Assembly (NCBI GenBank): GCA_039934355.1
Contig: JBDTMI010000001.1
Coordinates: forward strand, 931 to 64,930
Length of the DNA: 64,000 bases
Origin: Gemmatimonadales bacterium
GTDB taxonomy: Bacteria; Gemmatimonadota; Gemmatimonadetes; Gemmatimonadales; GWC2-71-9
Direction: 5' to 3'
In this document: positions 17,192 to 26,192 of the stretch, one piece after another
How positions within the stretch are numbered: position 1 is the first letter of the stretch
How the letters are laid out: each line of letters starts with the position of its first letter
Notes under the pieces: model-generated
The model's input: the letters and a program-made list of their open reading frames with translations, nothing else
What the model was told of the DNA's origin: nothing
The model's database searches: none
Made by a program: the position numbers and the translations under genes

Positions 17192-17413
17192 ATGTTCCGG
17201 AACCTCTTCGGGTTCGCCCTGCTCGCGGTCGTGGCCTGGTTTGGACTCCAGCTCCTGTTCGGGCTGCTCGGTATCGCCCTCGGGCTGGTGGGTAAGCTGC
17301 TCTGGCTCGCCTTCCTTGGCTTCCTCGTCTACCTCGTGCTGCGAGTGTTCGCCCCACGCACCGCGGACCGCGTCAAGGAAACCATCTCGGGCAAGAGCTC
17401 CACGGCCCTGTAG
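17192..17413 (+). CDS. Small two-TM membrane protein, unknown function
   Basis: Track ORF of 73 aa: MFRNLFGFALLAVVAWFGLQLLFGLLGIALGLVGKLLWLAFLGFLVYLVL... It is followed by a strong hairpin. Confidence 0.5.
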   Translation: MFRNLFGFALLAVVAWFGLQLLFGLLGIALGLVGKLLWLAFLGFLVYLVLRVFAPRTADRVKETISGKSSTAL

Positions 17414-17431
17414 ACCCGCTGAATACCTTAA

Positions 17432-17473
17432 GCGCCGGCCCGCGAGATGATTGCGGGCCGGCGCTGGCCTTTT
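17432..17473. terminator. GC-rich hairpin terminator between convergent genes
   Basis: Perfect 12-bp stem GCGCCGGCCCGC (17432-17443) / GCGGGCCGGCGC (17453-17464) with a 9-nt loop. TGGCCTTTTCCC follows on the plus strand. Confidence 0.6.
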
Positions 17474-17496
17474 CCCTCCGGGGCCTTCCCCGCGTC

Positions 17497-17943
17497 CTAT
17501 TGCTCGAGTGAGCTGTGGATATGGGCGATCCGCCAGCCCCTTCCCGCTGCCGTCGCCACCCGAGTAAAGACCACGGTCGCCCGTCCCTCGTGAAATCGGT
17601 CCTGATCCGCCGCCAGCCACCGGTAGTCAAAGGTGGCCCAGGCGAAGTTGCCCGTCTGGTCGACGCGGATGCTCCCCAACGCCACTTGCCCGCCCGCCTC
17701 GATGCCCGCGAAGCGCGGCGCGCTCGTTCGACGCTGGCCCGCGGCGATCACCTCGGCGTCCGCCACGAATAGCGAGTCCGCTCCCTCCATCCTCGCGTCC
17801 GCCTTCAGCGCAACTGTGGCCAGTGCCTCCAGCGCGTCGGTGTCATTCGACGGCAACGCGGCGGTGGGCCGGGGCATCGGCCCGGCCCCACACCCCGCCA
17901 GGACCAGCAAGGCGGTGCTAGCGCTGATCCAGCGCATCGGCAA
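17497..17943 (-). CDS. SnoaL/DUF4440-like (NTF2 fold) lipoprotein
   Basis: Lipobox LLVLAGC. The C-terminal GRGWRIAHIHSS motif is typical of DUF4440/SnoaL-like proteins. Confidence 0.55.
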   Translation of the reverse strand: MPMRWISASTALLVLAGCGAGPMPRPTAALPSNDTDALEALATVALKADARMEGADSLFVADAEVIAAGQRRTSAPRFAGIEAGGQVALGSIRVDQTGNFAWATFDYRWLAADQDRFHEGRATVVFTRVATAAGRGWRIAHIHSSLEQ

Positions 17944-18886
17944 CGGCCCAGGCCAGCAGCGGGATCATCAATTCGTGATGGCCGGTCATCATGATGCCGA
18001 TGCCGGTGCCGAGGGTCGGGCGCTCCACGACGTTCAGCCGTGGTCGATACTGTCGGATCATGTCGAAATCCGCCGCGAGGAATCCGGTCGGGCGTCCCTG
18101 CCCAAGATTGCGGGCGACGGTGAGCGCCTTGAGAAACACCTCGGGCAGCACCACCGCACTGCCGAGGTTGAGGACGACTCCCCCATCATGCAGGTCGGGG
18201 AGCGATCCCGCCAGTCGGCGGAAATCCCGGTGCGTGGTGGCGCCGATCGCCGCACCGTTGGCCGCTGGGTGCTGGTGGGTGATTTCAGCGCCGATGGTCG
18301 AGTGGACCGTCACCGGAACATTGGCCGCCTGACAGGCGATCAGCACCGAAGCCGCTCCGCCGGGCAGATGCGCCCGTGCCGTGAGCGCCCGTGCGATGCC
18401 CTCCCCCAGCCCCGCATCCGTCGCATGAGCGGCCGCGGCCGCCGCGTTCATCTCGGCGCCGGTCTCCTCGACCATGCCGAACGACCCGTCGGTCAGGCCG
18501 CGCTCGACCTCTTCGCTGGTGCCGCCGAAAGCGGCGAGCTCGAAATCATGAATGGCGGCCGCACCGTTCATGGCGATATGCGTCGCGATGCCGCGGCGCA
18601 CCCAGTCGGCTAGCAGCGGTCCCAGACCGACCTTGATGACATGCCCGCCCACCAGCAGCACCACGCCTTTGCCGTTCCGGTGCGCGTTCGCAATCGCGCC
18701 CGCGATGGCACGCAACTGGTCGGCGGCGAGCGTGTGCGGAAGCTGGTCAAGGAACGAGTGAAACGAGCGATCGGCGCGGGTGGGGCCGGGCGGTCCGGCG
18801 AGGAGGGTGGGATCGAGTTTGTTGGGCCGGGTGCCGATCCCCACGGTTTTCAGCCGTGCGAGATCGGCCTCGCGGTACCCGCTCAC
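17918..18886 (-). CDS. Deoxyhypusine-synthase-like family protein (putative)
   Basis: GTG at 18886 overlaps the upstream stop as GTGA. The segments VVLLVGGHVIKVGLGPLL...THIAMNGAAAIHDFE, NVPVTVHSTIGAEITH and GGVVLNLGSAVVLPEVF parallel conserved DHS blocks by eye only. Confidence 0.4.
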   Translation of the reverse strand: MSGYREADLARLKTVGIGTRPNKLDPTLLAGPPGPTRADRSFHSFLDQLPHTLAADQLRAIAGAIANAHRNGKGVVLLVGGHVIKVGLGPLLADWVRRGIATHIAMNGAAAIHDFELAAFGGTSEEVERGLTDGSFGMVEETGAEMNAAAAAAHATDAGLGEGIARALTARAHLPGGAASVLIACQAANVPVTVHSTIGAEITHQHPAANGAAIGATTHRDFRRLAGSLPDLHDGGVVLNLGSAVVLPEVFLKALTVARNLGQGRPTGFLAADFDMIRQYRPRLNVVERPTLGTGIGIMMTGHHELMIPLLAWAVADALDQR

Positions 18887-19665
18887 GGCCGGGCTGGCTC
18901 CGTGCCGACCTTCTCGAGGATGAGGGTCACGGTGCCGAACGGCAGCTTGGATCGGATCTGGACCGGCAGGTGACGCTCGTCGTCGGTGAGCCAGAGCATG
19001 GCCTTGGCCCGCGGCGCGAACACGCCTTCCTCGCCGACTTCCGGATTGATGACGATGCACGGCGTGCCCTTGCCGCCGGGAATATCCATTTTTTCCCGCT
19101 TGATCACCCGGATGGTGACTGGATTCCATTCCTTACGAAAGTAGCGCTGATAGGTGTATGTCTTGCCCATCTCGAGCGGGATGGTGCGCAGGAAATAGAA
19201 GAACGCCGCATCGTCCAGGGGATCCGCGACGGACGGCTTGGTGCCGGGCCGGTTTTCCTGGGTATAGAACAGGGAATCGGGGAAGATGTCGTAATACTTC
19301 TTCCGTTCCTTGCCGTTCTCGACCAGATCCTGGTGAAAGCGGCGCGAGATCAGGTCCGCGGTCCCGGTCCACGAACGCATGACGTTGCGACTCTTGTAGA
19401 ACGGCGCCGAGGCGTCCAGCCCGAACTCGAAGACGAAGGACTCGGCATCACGCACGGTGTCGATGGCCGTCACCGACAGCCAGGCGGTGCCCAGCCGCAG
19501 GAAGCCCAGCTTGGCGGCGTACTCGAGCCGTTCGCCGACTGCGAAGGGGTAGCTGGCGGCGGTCTTTGGCGGAGCAAGTGGTGCACGCGCCGCCGCCGGG
19601 GCAGGTGGGGCAGACGGGCTGGTCGAGATCAACGCGGCGCCGAGCGCCGCGACAAGGATCCTCAT
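18883..19665 (-). CDS. DUF3108 domain protein (secreted)
   Basis: Track ORF of 260 aa with a signal peptide. GERLEYAAKLGFLRLGTAWLSV... and the overall beta-rich pattern resemble DUF3108. Its ATG overlaps the GT2 stop as ATGA. Confidence 0.5.
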   Translation of the reverse strand: MRILVAALGAALISTSPSAPPAPAAARAPLAPPKTAASYPFAVGERLEYAAKLGFLRLGTAWLSVTAIDTVRDAESFVFEFGLDASAPFYKSRNVMRSWTGTADLISRRFHQDLVENGKERKKYYDIFPDSLFYTQENRPGTKPSVADPLDDAAFFYFLRTIPLEMGKTYTYQRYFRKEWNPVTIRVIKREKMDIPGGKGTPCIVINPEVGEEGVFAPRAKAMLWLTDDERHLPVQIRSKLPFGTVTLILEKVGTEPARP

Positions 19666-20462
19666 GGTGTGGCTTCCTCCAGTTCCTGTTCCTCCACGGT
19701 CCGCGGCGCGGATGCGCGGCGGGCCTCGGTGTTGCGCGGAGCCCGGATACGCAGGCGGCCCCCGTCCTGCCAGAGCTGCCGGGCGAGCGGCCAGGGATCC
19801 AGCCGCGAGGCCCGGGGTCGGAGGTCATGGCGCTCGACCACGGGGACGACATCGATGCGCCGGGCATGGCAGGCGAGGCGCGCGAGCAACTCCGCGTTCG
19901 CGGTCCAGCCATCGGTCGTGAGCAGCGGTCCGGCCTGTCCCTTGAGCGCATTCTTGATGCACATCAGTCGATAGGCCGTGAACCCCGACACGATATCCTT
20001 CACGCCCGGCACCGAGACGCCGCGCAGCAGGAAGCGCGCACCCTGCCGCACCCAGCGGATGCCGCGTGATGGTTCACCGGCGAGCGTCGCTTCTGTGGTC
20101 ACGATGTCCGCGCCACCCTCCAATCGCTTGACGATTTCGGGCAGATACTCCGGTCCATGGGCGAAGTCGGCGTGCATCACGATGACGGCATCCCGCTTGG
20201 GCCGGTCGGTCCGCTCCACCGCGAGCCGGAGCAGCGCCTCCAGGGAGCGGGCGTAGCCATGGCGTTCACCGTGCCTGACAATCGTGAGTGGCAAGACCTT
20301 CGCATACGGCTCCAGCACCTCCACGGTGGTGTCGGAGGAGGCATCGTCCGCCACGAGAATCTCGTACTCGCGAGGAAAGGCCTGAAATGTCTTCCGGATC
20401 TTCCACAGCAGCAGGCCGACCGTCGCGGCCTCATCGTGGCTCGGAATGCAGAGGTAGAGCAT
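19662..20462 (-). CDS. Family 2 glycosyltransferase
   Basis: LCIPSHDEAATVG...YEILVADDASSDTT carries DxD-type GT-A motifs. Confidence 0.8.
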   Translation of the reverse strand: MLYLCIPSHDEAATVGLLLWKIRKTFQAFPREYEILVADDASSDTTVEVLEPYAKVLPLTIVRHGERHGYARSLEALLRLAVERTDRPKRDAVIVMHADFAHGPEYLPEIVKRLEGGADIVTTEATLAGEPSRGIRWVRQGARFLLRGVSVPGVKDIVSGFTAYRLMCIKNALKGQAGPLLTTDGWTANAELLARLACHARRIDVVPVVERHDLRPRASRLDPWPLARQLWQDGGRLRIRAPRNTEARRASAPRTVEEQELEEATP

Positions 20463-20468
20463 GGTCTC

Positions 20469-21518
20469 CTAGGGTGCGACACACATCGAACGATACACTT
20501 GGATTACCCGCCCTGTCATCCCGGCGTCGTCGTACTGACACACCCGTTGACGGGCCGTGGCGGCAAGCGCCGCCGCCGCGTTCGGGTCCGTGAGCAGGGT
20601 GAGCAGCGCGGCGGCCAGGGCCGCCGGATCCTCCGGTGGGACCAGCAGCCCTGCCTCGCCGTCGAGCAATTCGATCAGCCCGCCGGTCCGGCTCGCCACC
20701 ACCGGCACCCCCAGCGCCATCGCTTCGAGAACCGCGGCACCCAGCGCTTCGCGTCGGGAAGGATGCGCCAGCACCGTCGCCTGACGCAGCAGCGCGGGGA
20801 TATCGTCAACCTCGCCGCGGAACTCGACCCGGTCGGCGATGCCGAGTGCGCGTGCCTGCCGCAGCAGCGCGGCGCGTGCGGGACCGGTTCCCGCGACGAT
20901 CAGGCGCGTCGCGGGTCGGTGCCGGACGACGATCGCCAGGGCGGCAAGCAGCACATCATGCCCTTTCTCGGACGTGAGCGCGCCGATGGCGACAATAGGA
21001 CCATCAGCGGCAGGTCTGGTCGACTGGGCCAGCAGTCGGGCGACGGGGACGGTCGAGGGAATCACGGTGATGCGATCGGCAGCGACGCCCCCATCGAGCA
21101 GCGCCTGCTCGACCGCGCGGGAAATCGCGATCACCTCGGTCGCCCGGGGCCACGGTCCATGGCGGCCGGGGACCGTGACACTGCGTCGTGTTGCCACGAC
21201 CGGGCAGTGTCGCCAGCGACCCGCGAGATACCCGAGCATCAGGGCGTGACTGTCATGGGCATGGAGCAGGCAGGGACGATCGGTGTGGCGCAACAGTCGG
21301 TGCAACTCAATGAGAGCCCGCGGATCGGGACCCGCCCGCCAGGCGGCGCCGTGGACCGTCAGGCCTGACTCGGCCGCGGCGTGGGCGAGGGCACAGTCGG
21401 CGGCGGTGAAGAGGGATTGCTCCAGCCCGGGTTCACGCGCGAGCGCCAGCATCAGGTGCAGTACCTGGCGCTCGCCGCCGCGCCAGTCGCGGCCGCGGGC
21501 GACATGCACGACCCTCAC
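20469..21518 (-). CDS. Family 1/4 (GT-B) glycosyltransferase
   Basis: GTG at 21518 ((M)RVVHVARGRDWRGGE...) overlaps the kinase stop as GTGA. C-terminal motif SRREALGAAVLEAMALGVPVVASRTGGLIELL (an E-x7-E type motif). Confidence 0.8.
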   Translation of the reverse strand: MRVVHVARGRDWRGGERQVLHLMLALAREPGLEQSLFTAADCALAHAAAESGLTVHGAAWRAGPDPRALIELHRLLRHTDRPCLLHAHDSHALMLGYLAGRWRHCPVVATRRSVTVPGRHGPWPRATEVIAISRAVEQALLDGGVAADRITVIPSTVPVARLLAQSTRPAADGPIVAIGALTSEKGHDVLLAALAIVVRHRPATRLIVAGTGPARAALLRQARALGIADRVEFRGEVDDIPALLRQATVLAHPSRREALGAAVLEAMALGVPVVASRTGGLIELLDGEAGLLVPPEDPAALAAALLTLLTDPNAAAALAATARQRVCQYDDAGMTGRVIQVYRSMCVAP

Positions 21519-23419
21519 GGCGCGGCGGCGTCGCGAAGCAGATTGCGGAGTTCCGCCAGACTGAACGGCTTCTGCAGGACCGGCCGGGCCTGCGCTTCGA
21601 GAAAGGCCATCGTGTCGCCGCGAACGGTATCGCCCGTACTGAACGCCACTCGGGCGGCCGCCTCGGGGGAGCGCACCATGAGCTGCTCGTAGAATTCCCG
21701 GCCACCGACTCGCGGCATCCGGAGATCGGAGAGGATCAGGTCGAATGAGCCGGCCAGCGCGCGCTCGAGTCCGGTGTGCCCGTCCAGCGCGGTCTCGACG
21801 ACATGACCCCACGCTTCCAGCGTTGCGCGGAGATAGTGCAGGATGTGAGGTTCGTCATCGATCACCAGCACCCGAAGTCCGCGCGGCGCCGCCGGCTCCA
21901 CCGGTGCCGGCGGGTGGATGCGGCCCGGGACGCGAGCCGGGAACTCCACCGTGAAGGTCGCCCCCGCGCCCGGCGCTGTGGCCAAGGTGATCCGGCCACC
22001 ATGTTCCTTAATGATGCCCTGGCTGATCGAGAGCCCGAGCCCGGTGCCCTGGCCTTCGTCCTTGGTGGTGAAGAACGGCTCGAAAACCCGCTCGGCCACC
22101 TGGCTCAGCATCCCGGGGCCGTCGTCGGACACATCCACGGCCACCCCTTCCATCCAGCGTCTCGCCCGCACCCGCACCGTGCCGGGTCGATGCACTGAGA
22201 TGATCGCCTGCGCGGCGTTCTGAATCAGGTTGACGAAGACCTGCTGCACCTGGTTGGGGCTCAGGTCCAGGTCGGGCAGGTCGGGATCCAGGTCGAGCTG
22301 AAGTGCGATGCGCTCGCCGCTCAGCTGGTTGCGGAATAATCCGATGGTCGCCTCCAGGATCGGAGTGAGGGAGGCGAGCTGCCGCCGCTCCTGTCTCCGG
22401 GCAAAGCTCAGCAGGTTCTTCACGATCTTCGACGCGCGCTCGGCCTCCTGCTGAATCACCCGCAGCGGTTCCCGCAGACGCGACGGAACGTCGGCGGTCT
22501 CAGCCAGGAAGTCGGCGAAACCGACGACGGAGGTCAGGGGATTATTGAGGTCGTGGGCGACACCGGCGATGAGTTGACCGATGGCGGAAAGTTTTTCGGA
22601 CTGTACCAGCCGCTCCTGCAGCCGCCGTCGGTCGGTCTGGTCCTCGAAGACGAGCACCGTACGCTCAGGCTCGGGGGCCGTGGCCCGGAAGGTCGTGACC
22701 GCCAGGGTGCGTCCGCCGAGACTGAGCTCGACCGCGGTCGGCGTCTCCGCCGCAAGGGACTCGCGCACCGACTGGTGCCAGTCGGACGGCAACAGTTCGG
22801 CCCAGGGCCGGCCAGCCATTGGCGTGTTGTGACGGTCGAGCAGCAAGGCGAAGGCCCGGTTGGCGCGCTCGATTCGACCGGCCCGGTCGAGCACCACGAG
22901 TGCGAGATCTACCGCGTCGGTCGCGCGCTCCCAGGTCCGGTGGCTGGATTCGGCCGCGGCGACGAGCCGTGCCCCTTCCAGCGCCACCGTGGTGATTGCG
23001 ACGAGTCCCTCGAGGAGCAGACGTTCCGTGAGAAGGAGTGGGCGGCCGCACTCCACCGCCAGGACACCGAGGAGGGCGCGACGGCCGGACAGGGGGAGGA
23101 CGAGGAGCTCGCCCCCGTTCTGCGGTTCTTCCCAGGTGAGGCCGCTGGCGATGACTTCCGCCACCGCGGCGCGCAAACCGGGGTGTTCCGAGGCACCGCT
23201 GGCACTCTCCTCGTGTCCCTGCTCATCGAGGGAGATGGCCCGAACGTCCCTGGGCATGAGGGTTGCCTTTACTTCCTGAACCAGATGGTCGAGAAGCGTA
23301 GGAGGGCGCAGCGTGCCGGTCACCGCACGGGCGTACGCCACCAACCTGGGCAGGGCGCTTCCGCTGGCGACATCCCAGGCCGAGGTGACAGGCATTTCAG
23401 CGTGAGAGGAGTCGGTCAT
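21515..23419 (-). CDS. Hybrid sensor histidine kinase (GAF/PAS-like N-terminus, HisKA, HATPase, C-terminal receiver)
   Basis: H-box IAGVAHDLNNPLTSV. ATPase G-boxes DDGPGM and GTGLGLS. Receiver domain RVLVIDDEPHIL...DLILSDLRMPRVGG. Confidence 0.9.
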   Translation of the reverse strand: MTDSSHAEMPVTSAWDVASGSALPRLVAYARAVTGTLRPPTLLDHLVQEVKATLMPRDVRAISLDEQGHEESASGASEHPGLRAAVAEVIASGLTWEEPQNGGELLVLPLSGRRALLGVLAVECGRPLLLTERLLLEGLVAITTVALEGARLVAAAESSHRTWERATDAVDLALVVLDRAGRIERANRAFALLLDRHNTPMAGRPWAELLPSDWHQSVRESLAAETPTAVELSLGGRTLAVTTFRATAPEPERTVLVFEDQTDRRRLQERLVQSEKLSAIGQLIAGVAHDLNNPLTSVVGFADFLAETADVPSRLREPLRVIQQEAERASKIVKNLLSFARRQERRQLASLTPILEATIGLFRNQLSGERIALQLDLDPDLPDLDLSPNQVQQVFVNLIQNAAQAIISVHRPGTVRVRARRWMEGVAVDVSDDGPGMLSQVAERVFEPFFTTKDEGQGTGLGLSISQGIIKEHGGRITLATAPGAGATFTVEFPARVPGRIHPPAPVEPAAPRGLRVLVIDDEPHILHYLRATLEAWGHVVETALDGHTGLERALAGSFDLILSDLRMPRVGGREFYEQLMVRSPEAAARVAFSTGDTVRGDTMAFLEAQARPVLQKPFSLAELRNLLRDAAAP

Positions 23420-24098
23420 GATTCTGGCGAATACCCGTTGCCGGCTGCGTCCGGCCGACTTGCAGCTGGTGCTGCTGCTCCTGAGCCGTGGCTCGGCCGG
23501 TCGCCGAACCTCGCTGGAGCGCCGACTCGAACTGGAAGGCCCCGATCCCCTGCTGGATTCGCCGGAACTGGCGGAACGGCTGCTGGCGGTCCGTTCGATT
23601 CTGGTCCCGGGAGAGGCGCTGTTCTTCTACGTCCTGGTCCGGCAGGCCCTGCGCGCGGCCGACATCGATGACCGGGAGCTGGCCGACTACCTCGCGGCAC
23701 TGTTGATGGAGTTCGGCCAGCGAGACCGGGCGACGCGCATTGACTGGCACGATGACCACTCGCATCGGTACCTCGTGGATATTCTCCTCGACCTCGAGGC
23801 AACGCAGGGCGAGCGCCGCTTCAAGGTGATGGTGCACCTGGGTAACTACGCGCTCTGGCTTGCGGGACTGTTCCCTCACTACATCGAAGCCCGTCGCCTC
23901 CGTCACGGCGGACCGGACCTCAGCTATTACGACGGACTGGGTCGTCGGGGCTTCGCCCTGGCCTCCGACCATTCGCTCGCCGATCAGTATCACCTCGACG
24001 GGATCCTGCAGGTGGCGGCGGAGCGGTATCCCGCCATCCGAACGGCGCTCAACGGACTCAGCGAGCGAGTGCTCTTCCCCAACGGGTACACTCACTAG
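23418..24098 (+). CDS. Conserved-looking hypothetical protein
   Basis: Track ORF of 226 aa with high GC3 and balanced composition. The fully overlapping minus ORF 23397..24095 is Arg/Gln/Val-rich, typical of an antisense shadow. Confidence 0.55.
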   Translation: MILANTRCRLRPADLQLVLLLLSRGSAGRRTSLERRLELEGPDPLLDSPELAERLLAVRSILVPGEALFFYVLVRQALRAADIDDRELADYLAALLMEFGQRDRATRIDWHDDHSHRYLVDILLDLEATQGERRFKVMVHLGNYALWLAGLFPHYIEARRLRHGGPDLSYYDGLGRRGFALASDHSLADQYHLDGILQVAAERYPAIRTALNGLSERVLFPNGYTH

Positions 24099-24167
24099 GG
24101 AACCTCCCGCACCAATCGGGTGATGTATCCGGGACGCATCCGAGGTACTCGCCCAGGACCGCCCGCA

Positions 24168-24908
24168 CTACCGCCGCGGGGCCGGGTGGGCCGGCTGCGC
24201 TTCCCGCACCAGGGCGGCAAAGAGTCCGTGATCGGGCGCCCCGCCATCGGCATGGAATTCCTCCGGATGCCACTGGACGGCCAGCAGCCATGGCGCGCCC
24301 GTCGCACTCTCGAGCCCCTCGATCTCGCCATCGGGGGCGGTCGCGGTGATCGTCAGGCCGGGGGCGAGGTCGCGCACCGATTGATGGTGGAAACTATTCA
24401 CGTCGCACCTGGTGGTGCCGAGGGCGGCGGCCAGTCGGGACCCGGGGCGAAGCTCGATGGGATGGGTGCGGTCGTCCCGGCCGCCTGCCTGACGGTGGCC
24501 CAGCGCGCCGGGGCGCTCGCTCGGGATGTCCTGCCAGAGCGTGCCGCCTAACGCGACGTTGACAAGCTGGATGCCCCGGCAGATGGCCAGCACCGGCAGC
24601 CGGCGCTGCCACGCCTCCCGAAAGAGGGCGAGTTCGAAGGCGTCGCGCACCGGGTCAACGTCGCCCAGGGCAGGATGCGGTGGGCTGTTGAAGTGGGTCG
24701 GGTCCACATCCTCGCCGCCGGAGAGGACCAGGCCGTCCAGCGTGTCGAGCACCGTTCCGGCGTCCTCCAGCCGGATCAGCGGCGGCAGGATCAGCGGAAT
24801 CCCTCCTGCACGGACCACGGCATGGACATAGGCGGCGTTCACCTGACTCCGGTCGGCGCCGAGGACGTGCCGGGTCACCCCGGTCACGCCGATCCGTGGT
24901 GCGGTCAC
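24168..24908 (-). CDS. Class I glutamine amidotransferase, gamma-glutamyl-GABA hydrolase (PuuD/peptidase C26) family
   Basis: LPVLAICRGIQLVNVALGGTLWQDI provides the nucleophile Cys. NSFHHQSV and the WHPE motif are present. Confidence 0.8.
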   Translation of the reverse strand: MTAPRIGVTGVTRHVLGADRSQVNAAYVHAVVRAGGIPLILPPLIRLEDAGTVLDTLDGLVLSGGEDVDPTHFNSPPHPALGDVDPVRDAFELALFREAWQRRLPVLAICRGIQLVNVALGGTLWQDIPSERPGALGHRQAGGRDDRTHPIELRPGSRLAAALGTTRCDVNSFHHQSVRDLAPGLTITATAPDGEIEGLESATGAPWLLAVQWHPEEFHADGGAPDHGLFAALVREAQPAHPAPRR

Positions 24909-25387
24909 GAGAGCACGCTGTCGGGAAAGAGCGGGCAGCCCGGGTCCTCGAAGCGGGTCGGATCGACCTGGATGCCGATCAGCGGCAGCATCAGAGTGTC
25001 GAGCGCGACCTTGCCGATGACCGGGGCGCCCCGGAGCGGCTCGGACTCATACAGCATCACGCCCCGCGCCCGCCCGGAAGGATCGAGAATCAGCACCCCG
25101 AATCCGGGGCGGATCGGCGCCGGAGGGCTGCCCTCGACACCAATCACCCACCCGCTGTCAGCGGTGCGACCGACCACTGCTTCGAAAGCGGGACCGGCCG
25201 CGACCCGCGCCACCAGTCGCGGGGGGAGGCCCGCTGGCGGCACGCTCAGGGTCTGGTCCGGAATGCCAAACTCCTGCAGCAGCATGGTGGCGCCGGCAAT
25301 TGCTGTGATGCCACAGGTCCCGCCGGTCCGTGGAGGGCCGCAGCCGACGGTGGTGACGAGGGCCAGTCCGGAGAGGAATCGTCGCAT
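24905..25387 (-). CDS. Hypothetical lipoprotein
   Basis: Internal ATG at 25387 (MRRFLSGLALVTTVGC lipobox) in track ORF 24905..25744. It overlaps the downstream start by 4 nt. Confidence 0.5.
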   Translation of the reverse strand: MRRFLSGLALVTTVGCGPPRTGGTCGITAIAGATMLLQEFGIPDQTLSVPPAGLPPRLVARVAAGPAFEAVVGRTADSGWVIGVEGSPPAPIRPGFGVLILDPSGRARGVMLYESEPLRGAPVIGKVALDTLMLPLIGIQVDPTRFEDPGCPLFPDSVLS

Positions 25388-25474
25388 GCTGCAAAAGTAA
25401 CGCGCCGTCTTCCTTGACGCCCCCCGGGAGCCGCCCGTACCATTCCTCGTCCCTCCGACGCTGGATACTTCCTC

Positions 25475-26041
25475 GTGCTTGATGGGCTCAGGGCCCGGTT
25501 CGAGCGATTTCTCGCCGACCATACCCCGCCGGGTGACCCCCGTGCCCGTGCGGCCCAGCTTCACGCCGCCGTCCTCGACGCCAAGGTGGCGGTGGGCGAG
25601 ATGCGCAGTGCCCTGCAAACGAGCGAACTGGCGCTGACGCTTCAGCGGCAGCAGCTCACCGATGCCGAACGCCGGGGTGCGCTCGCCGCCGCGGTCCCGG
25701 ATCCGGAAACGGTGCAGGTGGCCGAGCAGTTCGCGGCACGGCACCGGGAGCGGATCGGACTACTGGAGAAAAAGGTGGCGGTGCAGCGCGACGAGCTCAT
25801 GCTGGCGGAACGTGATGTCGCCCAGTGGACCGCGGAGTTGAAACAGAACCGGCAGGGCACCGAGGCCGGACCGACCCCCGCCCAGGCTGCCGCGTGGCGC
25901 GATCTCGAAGCGGCGGGTGCACCCCGACCCGAGACAGACGTCGAAGGTGAGTTGCTCAAGGGCCGGCTGGAACGGGCCCAGATGGATGCGGCGGTGCAGG
26001 CGCAGCTCGACCACCTCAAGAAAAAGCTGGGGAAAGAATGA
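25475..26041 (+). CDS. Coiled-coil protein (weak PspA/IM30-like character)
   Basis: Track ORF of 188 aa with a GTG start. Heptad-like Ala/Leu/Glu/Arg/Gln-rich sequence throughout. Confidence 0.45.
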   Translation: MLDGLRARFERFLADHTPPGDPRARAAQLHAAVLDAKVAVGEMRSALQTSELALTLQRQQLTDAERRGALAAAVPDPETVQVAEQFAARHRERIGLLEKKVAVQRDELMLAERDVAQWTAELKQNRQGTEAGPTPAQAAAWRDLEAAGAPRPETDVEGELLKGRLERAQMDAAVQAQLDHLKKKLGKE

Positions 26042-26046
26042 ACGAC

Positions 26047-26192
26047 GGGGAAATGGGAAAAGGGAAATGGGAAAGGGGCGCTTTGTGGAATCGATGGCCG
26101 CGCATGGTCGCCCAATGCCCGCCCGCTGGAGCGGCGTGCATCGCCACACTGCTCGGGTTTTCCCTTTCCCTCTTCACTCTTCCCCTTTCCCC
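26047..26192. repeat. Imperfect inverted repeat built from heptamer arrays
   Basis: The left arm is GGGGAAATGGGAAAAGGGAAATGGGAAAGGGG (26047-26078). The reverse complement of the right arm (26155-26192) is GGGGAAAGGGGAAGAGTGAAGAGGGAAAGGGAAAACCC. About 26 of 32 positions match by hand alignment. The spacer is 76 nt. Confidence 0.7.

Noticed and set aside
16013-17620. Full 535-aa version of the oxidoreductase ORF
   Set aside because: The first 149 codons are Gly/Glu/Pro low-complexity sequence. They cover the divergent small membrane-protein gene and its terminator. The Rossmann motif begins about 25 residues after the internal ATG at 17173.
23397-24095. 232-aa minus-strand ORF fully overlapping the 23418..24098 plus-strand ORF
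   Set aside because: The plus frame has clear GC3 bias and balanced residue usage. The minus frame is Arg/Gln/Val-rich shadow-like sequence.
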